A program made the translations under genes and the position numbers. Positions 22,001-33,310 of a stretch of DNA of 64,000 nt are shown one piece after another (the first letter of the stretch is position 1; the number at the start of each line of letters is the position of its first letter). This DNA is from Camelus ferus (taxonomy: Eukaryota). The notes beneath the pieces were generated by a model, which was not told where the DNA came from, made no database searches, and saw nothing but the letters and a program-made list of their open reading frames with translations. The stretch covers positions 79,052,001 to 79,116,000 of the forward strand of contig NC_045696.1 in assembly GCF_009834535.1 (NCBI RefSeq), given 5' to 3'.

Positions 22001-23819
22001 TCAGAAGGATTACAGGCTAGTTACTTAATGATTCTTGGCATCGGTGCCCTTATTTGGAAAATCCAAGTTTGATCTGCATGCTTGTTAATCAGTTTTTCAA
22101 AACCGGATTTCTAGAAAAATCTACACAATATTATGATTAATCAGAATTGAGAATGTAGTTAAATAAAACAGTGTGTGTAAAGTATCGCTAACTCTTGGCC
22201 CCCAGGAGGCATATACTCAGTCACAGTTATTATTGTTAGTATTCGAAGAGGAATTATTAGTCAGGAAGTGCTAAAGAAAGAACCATGAGGGCTTACGGAA
22301 AACGATGGGTGCGGTGTAAAGGTAGGCATTTAATTTTTATTTGTTCATCTGGTGCAATAGAATGCTGATAAAATGGAATGTGTTTATTAAAGATACCTAA
22401 GTGAAAGATGCCACGAAGTCCAAATGGCATTACTACAACGCCAACGATTTTACTACAGCTGGATTGACAGCGCGGTGGTGATTTTATATTGTCAACAAGC
22501 AGATAAAAGGATCCAAGGAGTCATTGGTGTTTATGAGAGACTTGATTTATGGTGGCCCTTTGGTAGGAAATCTGACTTTTTCAAGGCTTCTGACTTCAGA
22601 GGCTTCCATGGCTTTGAATGATGACTAGTTTTTAAAATATTATTTTATTTTCTTTTTCCAGAAATGCCCTGGGGAGACCTACAGAGGGCCACATACAAAT
22701 GACTGTCTTGTGTACAAGGAGAAAATTCTTCTCAGTGGGATACAGAAAATATAATTCTGAGATGTTATATGTGGGCCGTAAACCTAAAGTATTCCCAATC
22801 ATTCTTTAAAATATAACTGATCCCCCCAGAAGATAACGTGTTTTCCTGAAGAGAGACACGCACTCCTGTAGTCCTCACTGCATGCATTACTCATTCAGCA
22901 GGCTCACAGTTACTGGCAGAATCATGGGACCTCTCTCATTCTATTCCCTAAATACCTAACACTCCAAACCTTATACCTAACAGATACTCAAAAAAATATT
23001 TTCTGACTTATGGATGAGCTGTGTTCTACTGTGGAAGTTTAACTATGGTCAGGTCCATGTTATTAATATAGGGGCAGTAGGAACACCAGGGAGCTATGAA
23101 CTTCTGGATGTAGCAGACAAAGCCCTGGTGCCCTGTTTGGATTTTTGCAATGAAAACTCCTTTTATCTTCTCTCTACACTAGCAACTCTGTATACTCATC
23201 TGCAACTCGTGATGTTTCAAGTGTGTTTTATTTCCTAAGTGTCTCTCTGTGATGAGTGTTATATAAGGAATGGGGGATGCACTGAACAACCCCCTCCCAA
23301 ATGTTATTGGCAACCAACCCTTCCCATTTTCCAGATCAGTCTGCCCTTCACATAAAACCTGCAGCTGCTGACTGCAGGGCCTGTCACTATAACCAGTTCT
23401 GCCTCTTCATCACACAGTCAGCATGACTTTTTTGCTCAATCAAACTTACCCCGATTAGAATTGTTCCATTGGAGTGGTCTGGCGGCTGCTGCTATTTCTC
23501 AGCTATTAACATAGACACTACAGTGCTCCAGCCACTCCAAGACTGCAGCAACACAGTCATCCTGGACAGCAGCCACTTCAGGGAGATCTCAGACAGATGG
23601 TTGTTTGCAGAGAATTTAACAGCAGTGCCTCTCCACACTGCGATGATGGATTTCCACCTCAAAGGAAGTAATGGGCATTAATCCCCTTGAGATTTCACGA
23701 TACTCATTCTGTGCCTTTCTGCCCATATTCCGTCCCTCACCAGCCTTTTGGATGCCTGAGAAATGAGAAGAGGGAGCTCCTATGACTACCAAAAAGCATC
23801 GTAGGTAACCTGGGAGAAG

Positions 23820-24030
23820 GAGCCTGTCTCCAAATAGAACCCCAGCTCTTGCAGATATCAGGTTTGGGACCCTAGAGTAATATATCTTCACTGAATTTTT
23901 AGGGTTGTGTTTAACCTGTAAAATAGAGATGATAATATTTAACTCATCAGGTTTTGGGGAGAACTAAATGAGGTGTTATATGTAGCACACAGAGCATATT
24001 TCTGGCTCTCAATAGGTGGTGGATAAATGT
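23820..24030 (+). mobile_element. MIR SINE
   Basis: 'cctgtaaaatagagatgataatatttaactcatcaggttttggggagaactaaatgagg'. Confidence 0.65.
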
Positions 24031-24219
24031 GAGCTGAGGGGCATACAGACACACTGTGGCCATAGCATACTGCCTCTCTTACTTCCTTTTTTCATTCTTT
24101 TTTTTTTTTTTTTTCTGCCTTTTGCATTTTACTCTTCATCTCTCTCAATGACTCCTTCTTCCAGTAATTTATGGGTATAAATTTTTGGTAATTTTTTAAA
24201 CATCCACTTAGGTGTTCTT

Positions 24220-24355
24220 CATTTTTAAGTAAAATTAGATTTAAGTATACATTACGCAGAGAAAGTGCCCAAATCCTAACTTTATAGCTTAATCGACATT
24301 TACAAGGGAAACAAATCTGTGTAACCAAAACCCAGAAACCCCTTTTTGCCCCTCT
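24220..24355 (-). mobile_element. L1ME-like 3' end fragment
   Basis: 'cagagaaagtgcccaaatcctaac...tttacaagggaaacaaatctgtgtaacca'. Confidence 0.55.
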
Positions 24356-25969
24356 TCAAGGTCCTATAAGGTTTTGAAAAATGATAGCAAGTCAGAATGT
24401 ACCCAGAAGATTCAAAGGATCTTGAGAAACTCTGTACAAGGAATGAATATATTGTGTATATCAAATGAATGTTCTTCTAAAAGAGGAAATATAGAACCAT
24501 GATTTACCCAACCTGCATCCAACTCTGCCTCCCTGCTCACAGACAGCAGTGTTTCAACAATTGATCCCAGGGCTTCCAGCTCCAGCGATTTCTCTCCTGA
24601 CTCTCCGGAGTCAACATTCTAGACTGTGTTTTAAAAATCGTTCTCTCTCTTGCATCTTCCTACAAGCAATTCCATAAATGGTGGAGAATCCATCCTTCGA
24701 GAGGCAAGATAACTCACCACTAGTGATAACTATTGACCAAATGGTATTCATTAGTCATGGCTTTTGCTGTGACATTCTTAAATAATTCAGGAAAAAAAAT
24801 TAAAAAATCTTTAGCCATCAGGATTTAGTTTGTGAAGATAATCCTAATATTTTTATGTTGTGTAAATTCGTATTGGTATAACCCTAATTATTCAGTTCGA
24901 TGTGAAGGTATAGTCAATGAGAGTGACTGAAAATTTTGACTTTTAATTATTACTGCAGTGCATACCTAATTACCAGTTTGTTGTCAAGTGAAGGTACTTC
25001 AGAAGATAAGTTTGTATATTCTAAAATTAGCATATCAATTGTTTGCATGCATATGCAGATTTAAAGTGCTTCAAAAATTAGTTACTATCTTAATAACTAT
25101 GCTTATATTATTAATTTTCTGTTAAAAAAACTCTTCTTTATAAGAGTAAAGATTCATAAATTTACAATAAATTTCCTTTCTGACTTATTGCAAATTATAT
25201 ATTACTTTGAATCTGAATTAAGGAAGATTTATTATTTAATTGGCCTTAAAAATAATAGAAATATGAAAACTATATGTCCTTAGAAGAGAAAGAAGGGAAG
25301 ACACAAAAATGGAAATAAATACTAGCCATATTTTAATAAAGGATTCCCAAGATATGATCTCATACAAGGATATGAAAATGATGTGTTGAAAATCATACGA
25401 ACCTCCAATCTCCTTGTTTCTGTGCTTACAGTTTATGAAAATTAAGCACTCATGTATTTCTTTTCACCTTGCAATTCTGGGATTTTATAGATTGTTTTAT
25501 GTCAAAGTAGCAAACATATGTTAAATTTCAACTCAGCCCTGGAGCAAAGGCTGTGTAAAGCCAACTGAATAAACAAAGGTGAGCTGCTTCATTGGGGTTG
25601 AGGAGAGACCCTGGGGCTGCCTATCTGACTGCCAGGAAGTGCTCGACATTAAAAGGTTTATTCTAAGTAGAAATCAAGCAAGCATGCACCAAGAAACCTA
25701 GAGAGAAAATGGAGCATCGGAAGTTTGCTAAAGGTGGCAGAGATCTCCACCACCTCCTGGCCATCTGCAGAACATCGAGCAACAGAACCTAGAGCAGGGA
25801 GAGAGAGCATCGTGGTGACCTTCCCTCAGACATGTGACCCCGGAATCCAGGTCAAGAGTCTCACTCCAGTGTCTGCCTGTGGGCATTGCTCTTGAAAGAA
25901 AATGGTCAAGGGTCCCTCAAAGGAAACTGGAGATTCCCCCTTCCAGAAATTCCTTTACCTGGACACTCA

Positions 25970-26240
25970 CGTGTGCAAGTGACTGAAGCCAACTCAAAGT
26001 ATCTCATGCAAAGAAAGGAATGTATTAATTCACATAAATAAATGTAGAGAGGAGCTGGACTTACAGATAATGAAACAGAAAAGTGATGACCTCTGGATCT
26101 CTCTCTCTCTCTCCTTGTCTCTCTCTCATCATCTTTCTCTGATTCTGCATAAAGATTTATTCTCTCAAATCTGTTTTCTCTGTAAACTTAGCACCACTGC
26201 GGCTGGCGGCTCCCGGGTGTGTGTCTTCACCCGAATGCTG
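25970..26240 (-). mobile_element. MaLR LTR remnant (MLT1J/K-like)
   Basis: 'tgcaagtgactgaagccaactcaaagtatctcatgcaaagaaaggaatgtattaattcacataa' resembles the reverse of an old MLT1 3' end. Confidence 0.5.
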
Positions 26241-26881
26241 AGAGGAGCTGTCTCACTTCTATTAGTTTCTATTACGTTGGCTTCTGAGATGATTGTGTTC
26301 AGAGAATAATACATTAAAATTAAAAATATATATATATATATATCTAGGAAAGCAAAACATAATTTCCATCTAATTGCTTTCCCCAGAAAAGACAGAAAAA
26401 ACTCAAACCAAAACAGACAACCTTTCTTCTACTAAAACTATCATTTCATTAAACAAAGGGATATTTTTCACTCAAAAAAAAAAGAGAGTTTTATAATCTA
26501 TCTCAAAATAAAGGGAAGTTCTTTAAATTGAATATATTTAGCTTTAGGAAAACTTTATTGCTTTATTTTTTCCATTTCACCCATGAATGCATCATCACTG
26601 AGCAGCACCAGTCCTTGTAAATCATTCAGCGATACCAAGACATACAAGACAAATATTTAGGGGCCCTGCATGCAGTAGGAATGTATTTCTCTCTCCACAC
26701 AATCTTGGTTTAAGTTTCTTCATCACTGCCCACCCTTCTCAATCCATTAATCTACCAGAGATCAGAGCCAAGATAGGTTCATCAAAAGCAAGAAATCAAG
26801 GGGGTAAAGCAAGAAAGAAAAAACAATTGGGTAAATGGATATATTCAATGGTAAAGTCATTTATGGGAAAGGTGCGAAGCT

Positions 26882-27396
26882 TGAAGGGAATCAGGAAATG
26901 ATACCCCAAAATAGGCCACTCTGACATCAGATTTATTTTGAGCTGAAGGAATGTGAGTACCTGAATACCCCAGCTGCCCAAAAAGCAGGGCCTCCCAAAA
27001 GAACTCAACTGTCATAAATCCCCTCCCCCGAAGCAGGTTATAAAAACAGCAGGTGCTGGAAGGACTCTGCAACCTCCCTTGTCTCCCCTGAGGCGGGTGA
27101 GAAGACCCTCCTTCTATAGGGCCACCTAGAGGAATCCAAACAGGCCTTGCTGTTTCCCCCAGCTTACCTCCCTAAGCTCACACCTTGTGTCCTATCATGG
27201 TTTTCCATGAGTCTCCGCTAATCATCAAATCTGGAATAAAAATGCTCTGGCTTAACCACTTCTTTGGGTCTTTGTTTCCCTAAAAGGGCTCCCCTGTCTC
27301 AGAAAGCTTAAGTTAAAAGAATGTGCATGCTTTTCTTTCGTTAATCTGCCTTTGTCAGTTAAATTCTCAGGCCTAGCCAGAGACCCTCCTCTTACA
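26882..27396 (+). mobile_element. ERV1 solo LTR (MER34/MER39 group)
   Basis: TG...CA termini, 'tgaagggaatcaggaaatgataccccaaaataggccactctgacat' start, 'gcatgcttttctttcgttaatctgcctttgtcagtt' end. TSD agct/agca (3/4). Confidence 0.85.
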
Positions 27397-29982
27397 AGCA
27401 CCTCATCACTTTCTGCTCTATGTATTTTTAAATCCTTTCCTCTTTTTGAATCTGCTACACAATATAAAAACACAGACCACACCCCTAAATCTTTACTTTT
27501 AGAACCAACTAAAGGAGACAAAATTGCTTCTTGGATTCCAAATATTCATGTAAGAATATGCATGCTGATTTGCTGGTATTGTTTTCTAATTGCATTTTAC
27601 CCACCCCTCCCATATATTCATAAGCATAATGAGGTCTTTAAACTGAAAGTTCGCCTCCTGCACTAAAGAGCATAACCCAAACTGCTGTGTTGAAATATAT
27701 TCAGTCCCTCAACAGCAAGCCAAGCTTTTAAATTAGCATTTGCATTAGTGAATGACTCAGATATAATATAAAATTAATCCTTTACAAATTTATACAGGCT
27801 TCCTCAAATGGGTAGTGTAATAGATTTCCTTATGAAAGAGCATTTAATTACATCTTTTAGGGAGAGTAGTACATCAAGACCTAGACATCAATGTTTAAAA
27901 AATTAGGTAAAATTGCATTTCTAATGAGAAAAAAGTCCAAAAGCTAAAAACTAAAACAATATCAAAATTACCTACATAATGTTCAACTGTCAAAAAAGAG
28001 TTGATACAAATTCCCATCAGTCTCTTGGTGACATTTTTGGCAGGAAAAATTTGTCCTTCCAAGAAGGAAATGCAGCTTTTGCTCAAACCTCAAGTTAAAA
28101 TTTTTCTCTTTGACAAAAAAAATCACACATATTCATTTCACTTCCTCAAGCATTTATTACAGAGAGAATCAATTAACAGTAAAGTTAATTACTAACTATA
28201 AAATTGCTAATTGAGACAAATTACACATAATCGCTTTGCAATTTGGGTAAATGACAGGTTCAGATGGATGTGTGACCTACAAACTGATGTTATCCAAGAT
28301 ATTCGCCTTCTTAACAAAAATGTCAAAAAGACATGTGCGTTAAAATACAAGAGAAGCAGAAGCTACCAGCGACCGTAACACAATGTATCAGAGCACAAGA
28401 TTTAGTAGCAGGAAGTCTCTGACCTAGGGGCTTGCTGCTTCAGGTGTCAGAAGCGGGTCACTGAACATTTTTAAACTCATCACACAATCGTGTGACACAG
28501 ACCCTGAGGGCCGCCTTACATCCAGCAAGAGTCACGGCACACTTTGAATGGTGTCTATCATGCTTGCTATTTCCGTAGTATTATTCTACTCACAGGCAAT
28601 CATTTGTTTTAGAGCGTTAACTATGCAAATGTTTTCAAGTGTTTAAACCAAATGCTGAAAGAAAATAAAGCTCTTGGGATTTATTTTTTCCTTTGTGAAA
28701 ATTAACTTCTTCCATTCTCTTAGTATGAAGTGATACATTTCCTTAGCAGAAAACCTAAACGAGTAAGAAGAAAAACAAAAATCACTGGTAATTCTACCAT
28801 CCAGAGACACTCACTGTGAAGATGTTGGCGCCTTTCTATTTGCCTGTCTCTAGCTATATTTGCATATTTGAAAGTGTCTACTTCCAGTAAAACAATATCA
28901 TACTGTACATGTAATTTTATAATCTACTTTCATGATATATAAATATATTTGGGATCACATTTCTATCTATCTATAAATATAATTTTTTTCCTTGCCAAAA
29001 TTTAACTATATATATATTTTACTACTGCTTGTATTTGGTGTTTTTGAAGATGTGATTTAATTATTACTCCTTTCTTGTGACATTTGGAAGTTTCTATTTT
29101 TGATATAAAAACAAATGCTGTGGTGATCATCCTTTTAGTTAATATTTGTTTATATTTAGGGCTGTTTTTCAGGTCTTCTTTTTTATATTCTAAAATAAAT
29201 ATATATGCATTGTTATTGGTTTGGTCCGATTTTTTTAATGGTATTTAAGTTGAACACACACACAAATACACACACTATGTACATTTTATGAGATCTAAGT
29301 TATACACAGAAGTATTTGGCTACTTTAATCAAAGGCAGTACTCAATCCTGTACTTTCTAACCTATAAATGAGGTTAGAGAGGTGAAGGAAAATTAGGGGA
29401 ACCAATCAACATCACTCGACTGTTTCACAGACTTAAAAGGAGAACACTGCATATAATGTCCAATAAAGGCAATTTAAATTTTATCTTAAAATGTTTCTAA
29501 GGACTCTCACTGGCTTGAAAAGTCACGTAGACCCTTCTCAATAAATCCATTCTAACATGACCACAAACTGTACCAACTCAATGATTCCGCTAAAGAGACA
29601 ATCACATGAATGGATCTCAACTAACCAGAATAATTTGACAGGCTGTCAAAGAAATGATTTATCACATACATCCCAGAAATAAAGGTATACAGATCTGCAT
29701 CATAAACCTGACTTTGATGAAAAGGTTCATGAAGCAACCATAGGCTTCTGTAAAGAGTTTTAGACAAGTGATGAAGAATAACCAGCTCTAAACATAACAA
29801 CAATGACAAGAATAAACAACTCTAGAACTAACATTAGCCAAACGAAGGGTGGAAAAACAAGCTAAATAATGTATGTACAGTGTGAACCCATGACCTAGGA
29901 TTTTCATCTATTCAATGACATTCATCCTTCAAATAATGAATACCTACAGTGTGCAAGTTCTCTCTATCAATGGAGTAGCTGG

Positions 29983-30161
29983 TGACAGGGTTCAGGACAC
30001 AATATCCCCAAATATGACAACCTGGCATAGTGAATGTTTTAAGCTGTGAGAAGGACTTTCTGATCTTTCCCTAAAAAGGACATAAAACCCTCATGTGAGA
30101 GGCGCCCTCCCAATACGATAGAGAGAAAATCTCCCTCGGAGACATTGAGAGGAATTTGAAC
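29983..30161 (+). mobile_element. ERV1 LTR 5' fragment (MER34/MER39 group)
   Basis: 'tgacagggttcaggacacaatatccccaaatatgacaacctggcatagtgaatgttttaagctg...aaaccctcatgtgagaggcgccctccc'. Confidence 0.75.
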
Positions 30162-30761
30162 GATTTTGAGCACCTCTGTTAACAATCTTGTTAACTTTTC
30201 AACACTCGTAAGATCTTTGATAAAGTTTCAATTCACTGAAAATGTGTAGCAGTATCAACCGTACCTTTAGAAAACACCACTTTTGAATAAGAACAGAAAA
30301 ATGGAGATTTCTCTGATGTTTTCTCTGGCTTAAAGAATGTATTTGAGGCATCACACATGCTTAGGTTCTGTCTTTTAGTCTGAAATGTTAAGGTCTATTC
30401 AATTGCCAATAATTTTAAAATATTACCTTGTAGCTAATTAGAAGTAGACACCATTGTATTAAGTTTGATCTTTCTGAGGATAAATTCTCACTCACTGTCA
30501 TAATTGCCTCTGGGTTACTAAAATACTGTTATTTTAGCACTTTTAAAAATGATTTCATCCAACTGTGAGCATATTGGTCTTAAACTGAATTGTATTGTTA
30601 TTTTGAGAGAAAAAACATTTATTTGCAAATCATACACCATTAAAGCCTTTCAACAAAATTCTTTATAACAAAATATTAACAGTGTGAGAACTGATGGAAA
30701 TAAAGAGTTTAATCAAGAACACTGAAAATTCCAAGTGTTTGTTATCGTCCCAAGAAAATAC

Positions 30762-31204
30762 GGTGAACAAAAAATACTGCAAACCACATCAGTAAACAAA
30801 GAATGCTGACGCCATCAAGTCATCAGCAGCTGCCGCCACCCCCTAGTGAAGACAAGCTGGCAGCCCAGCCTCTGCAGCCACTCACAATGGTGCACCCTGA
30901 GGGGACTCAGAAAAAGAAAGGACAGGATAGCTAGGTGCTTGTCAAAGGAATGCAATTCAATGAGCCCAAATGTTTGCTCCCTCCCATACATAGAAAAAAC
31001 GCTAAATTCTTTAACTTGAGATGCCCTGACTTTCTTCAGTTAACAAGTAATCTTTTAATGTTCCAACTACCTGGTCTTTGTTGTAAAGATCCTATATATC
31101 CTGGCTCCTCCCCTACCTCTTTGGAGCAGTCATCCCGGCTTGAGTCCTTCCACCAAATAAAACATAACACTCAGCTTTTAGGCTGTGCATTTATTTCATT
31201 GACA
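30762..31204 (+). mobile_element. ERV1 solo LTR, cetartiodactyl-type
   Basis: TATA-like 'cctatatatcc', polyA signal 'aaataaaacataacactcagcttttaggctgtgcattt...tgaca', and 4-bp TSD ATAC at 30758-30761 and 31205-31208. Confidence 0.85.
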
Positions 31205-31490
31205 ATACCCGTAACCAAGAACTGGACTCATCAAGATGCACTACTTGGTGTAAAATCTGGAGGAGTTATTTGAAAGACTTCACCTGTTGTGTGCGTAACA
31301 AAGTTATTCTCATTTCTGAATTTACTATCCCCTCACATCTTTGCAGAAGTTGCTCTCTATATTTAAAGGTGACAATTTTGATGCATGTATTTTCCATGTG
31401 TAAATATCAGTAAAGCACCTGTGTTTCCTCCTCACTATCTGGCTCACTTTGACTGCTCTAAAACTTTGTGCTCTGCTTTGGTAACAGTGT

Positions 31491-32010
31491 TGAAGGGTAG
31501 CAGACTGTGCTATCACAAAATGTGCCACTTTGGCATACAGAGTATTTTGAATTGAAAGCAACTGAGAAGAAGTAGCTACAAAGTTCGCTGCCCTCCCCCA
31601 TTTGCCTAAGAGCAAGATGGAAATTTACAAAGGAGTCTCTCCTCCCCCCTCAACCAGAAAGGACAGTTTTGTCCCCTGGGGCAATTGTAGACCCAGTCAG
31701 TCTGGAGAAGGCACCAAAGGCATCTATATAAAACACTCTACTAACTGGCCTTTATCTCTGCCCTTAGAAGACAAATTGCTTTTCCTTTTCTGTCATTTCT
31801 TCACAAATATAGTCTTTTGCTGAAGATATGACCTAAACTGAAATTCTAAGCCACCAAAGAGAGTTACTCACTTTCCCCTGGGTATCTCCCAGGTATGCAT
31901 ATATACTTGTTAATCAGCGTCCTTGTTTTTCTCTTGTTAACATGACTTTTATTATAGGAGTCTCAGCTAAGAACTCAGAGGGTAAAGGGAGGATTATTTT
32001 CCTCTTATAA
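31491..32010 (+). mobile_element. ERV1 solo LTR (MER34-like)
   Basis: 'tgaagggtagcagactgtgctatcacaaaatgtgccactttggcatacagagtattttgaattgaa' start; 'tttttctcttgttaacatgacttttattataggagtctcagctaagaactcagagggtaaagggagga' near the end. Confidence 0.85.
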
Positions 32011-32120
32011 CATCATATCAAAAATTCTCAAAGGAGTGAAGGGGAGCTCTTGGTTAATTGTTATATTCAAATCTAGCATCTCTGCTACATCCCTTGAAAG
32101 TGGTATCTACAATCTCAACC

Positions 32121-32126
<6 letters not shown>

Positions 32127-32162
<36 letters not shown>
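32127..32162. repeat. (CA)18 microsatellite
   Basis: Read directly from the sequence. Confidence 0.97.
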
Positions 32163-32165
<3 letters not shown>

Positions 32166-32837
32166 CATGACAAAGAGAATGTAGTCTTCCTGGTGTTAGA
32201 TCTGTAAAAAGGAATAGACCATCTGCTGTCATCATCTTAGGGCTGATCTATGACCAAAATTTGACCCTGATTTCTTTGAAACTCTGATGGTGGGAACAGA
32301 ATTGCAAATCTTCAAGTATCTGGCTTCAAAATAAGAAGCTTCGTCAAGGAGGGCGGGAGGAACCACAGAACTCCTCCACTGGAAGAGAGATGGTAGAGAA
32401 CACGGACTGGACAAAAGGTACCTCACAGTGTTAGTCAAAACTGAGTGAGACTGAGTGTTCTGTTCTGTTAATTGTTCATCAGAAGCTGAGGGTAAGGGCA
32501 TGTGCCCTTTGAGTGAGAAGTGGCATTTCCTCTGAAACCAGCGAGTCTTCCCAGTCATTTATAGTGAAAAGATCAAATTAAGGGATAGAAAATAACAAGG
32601 AGAGAAATGGGCCTCATCAACAATGGAGCTGGAGTAAATTCTTGATTTGTCCGCTGGGCAGTAGGGCAATGTGGACTCAGCATTCCCTGAGGCTGGGGTG
32701 TTGGTATGGAAGGGAGGTGGAGAGGGCCACCCCGGTGCACTGGGCTGTGCCAACCACAAGTGCAGCAGCACAGACTAAGGGTCATGGTGGGCTGAGGAAG
32801 GGGAGAGGGTGGGAACTTGAGTGAGTCCTCTGCGCTT

Positions 32838-32851
32838 CCACTAGAGGGCTC
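32838..32851 (+). promoter_or_regulatory. Candidate CTCF binding motif
   Basis: CCACTAGAGGGCTC matches the core CCASYAGRKGGC exactly and sits in a GC-richer unique island. Confidence 0.5.
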
Positions 32852-33039
32852 CTTGTGGGCTCTAGGGAAGCACTGAAGGATGCTTTGGGGAGAAGTTCTG
32901 GTCCTACATTGATTAAAATTTGGCATTTAAAAGAAATGTCATCTCATTTTATAGTTACAGGCTGAAAAGTTCTGGAAATAGTGAGCAACTATCCTATACC
33001 ATAAAATTGCTGTTTGTTTTCTGACATGACAAAATAAAA

Positions 33040-33310
33040 GTTCCAAGAGAGGAGAGATTTCTCTAGATTTTGTTTGCTCATGTAAATTGAGCTTAGCCCT
33101 GTGTCTGGTACAATATGAGGCTCAATGAATATTGTTGAATATATATCATTTAATCTCATCCTTACAATAACTCTGAAAAGCGCTATTACTATCCTCATTT
33201 TACAGATGAGCAAACTAAAACTTGAAGAAACTAACAGAACTGCCAGGGCCCCCAGTTTCAGAGAGAGAAGCACAGCCTAGACTTGAACCTGGGTCTCTTC
33301 ATTTCAATTA
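33040..33310. mobile_element. L2 3' end (+) abutting a MIR (-)
   Basis: 'gtgtctggtacaatatgaggctcaatgaatattgttgaat' followed by 'catttaatctcatccttacaataactctg...tcctcattttacagatgagcaaactaa'. Confidence 0.75.

Noticed and set aside
22635..22780. Strong + strand acceptor (ttttctttttccag at about 22661) as an exon start
   Set aside because: No convincing downstream donor or recognisable coding frame.
26882..32010. Single provirus with 5' LTR at 26882 and 3' LTR at 31491
   Set aside because: The two LTRs differ substantially, the first has its own near-TSD, and I see no PBS or gag/pol remnant between them.
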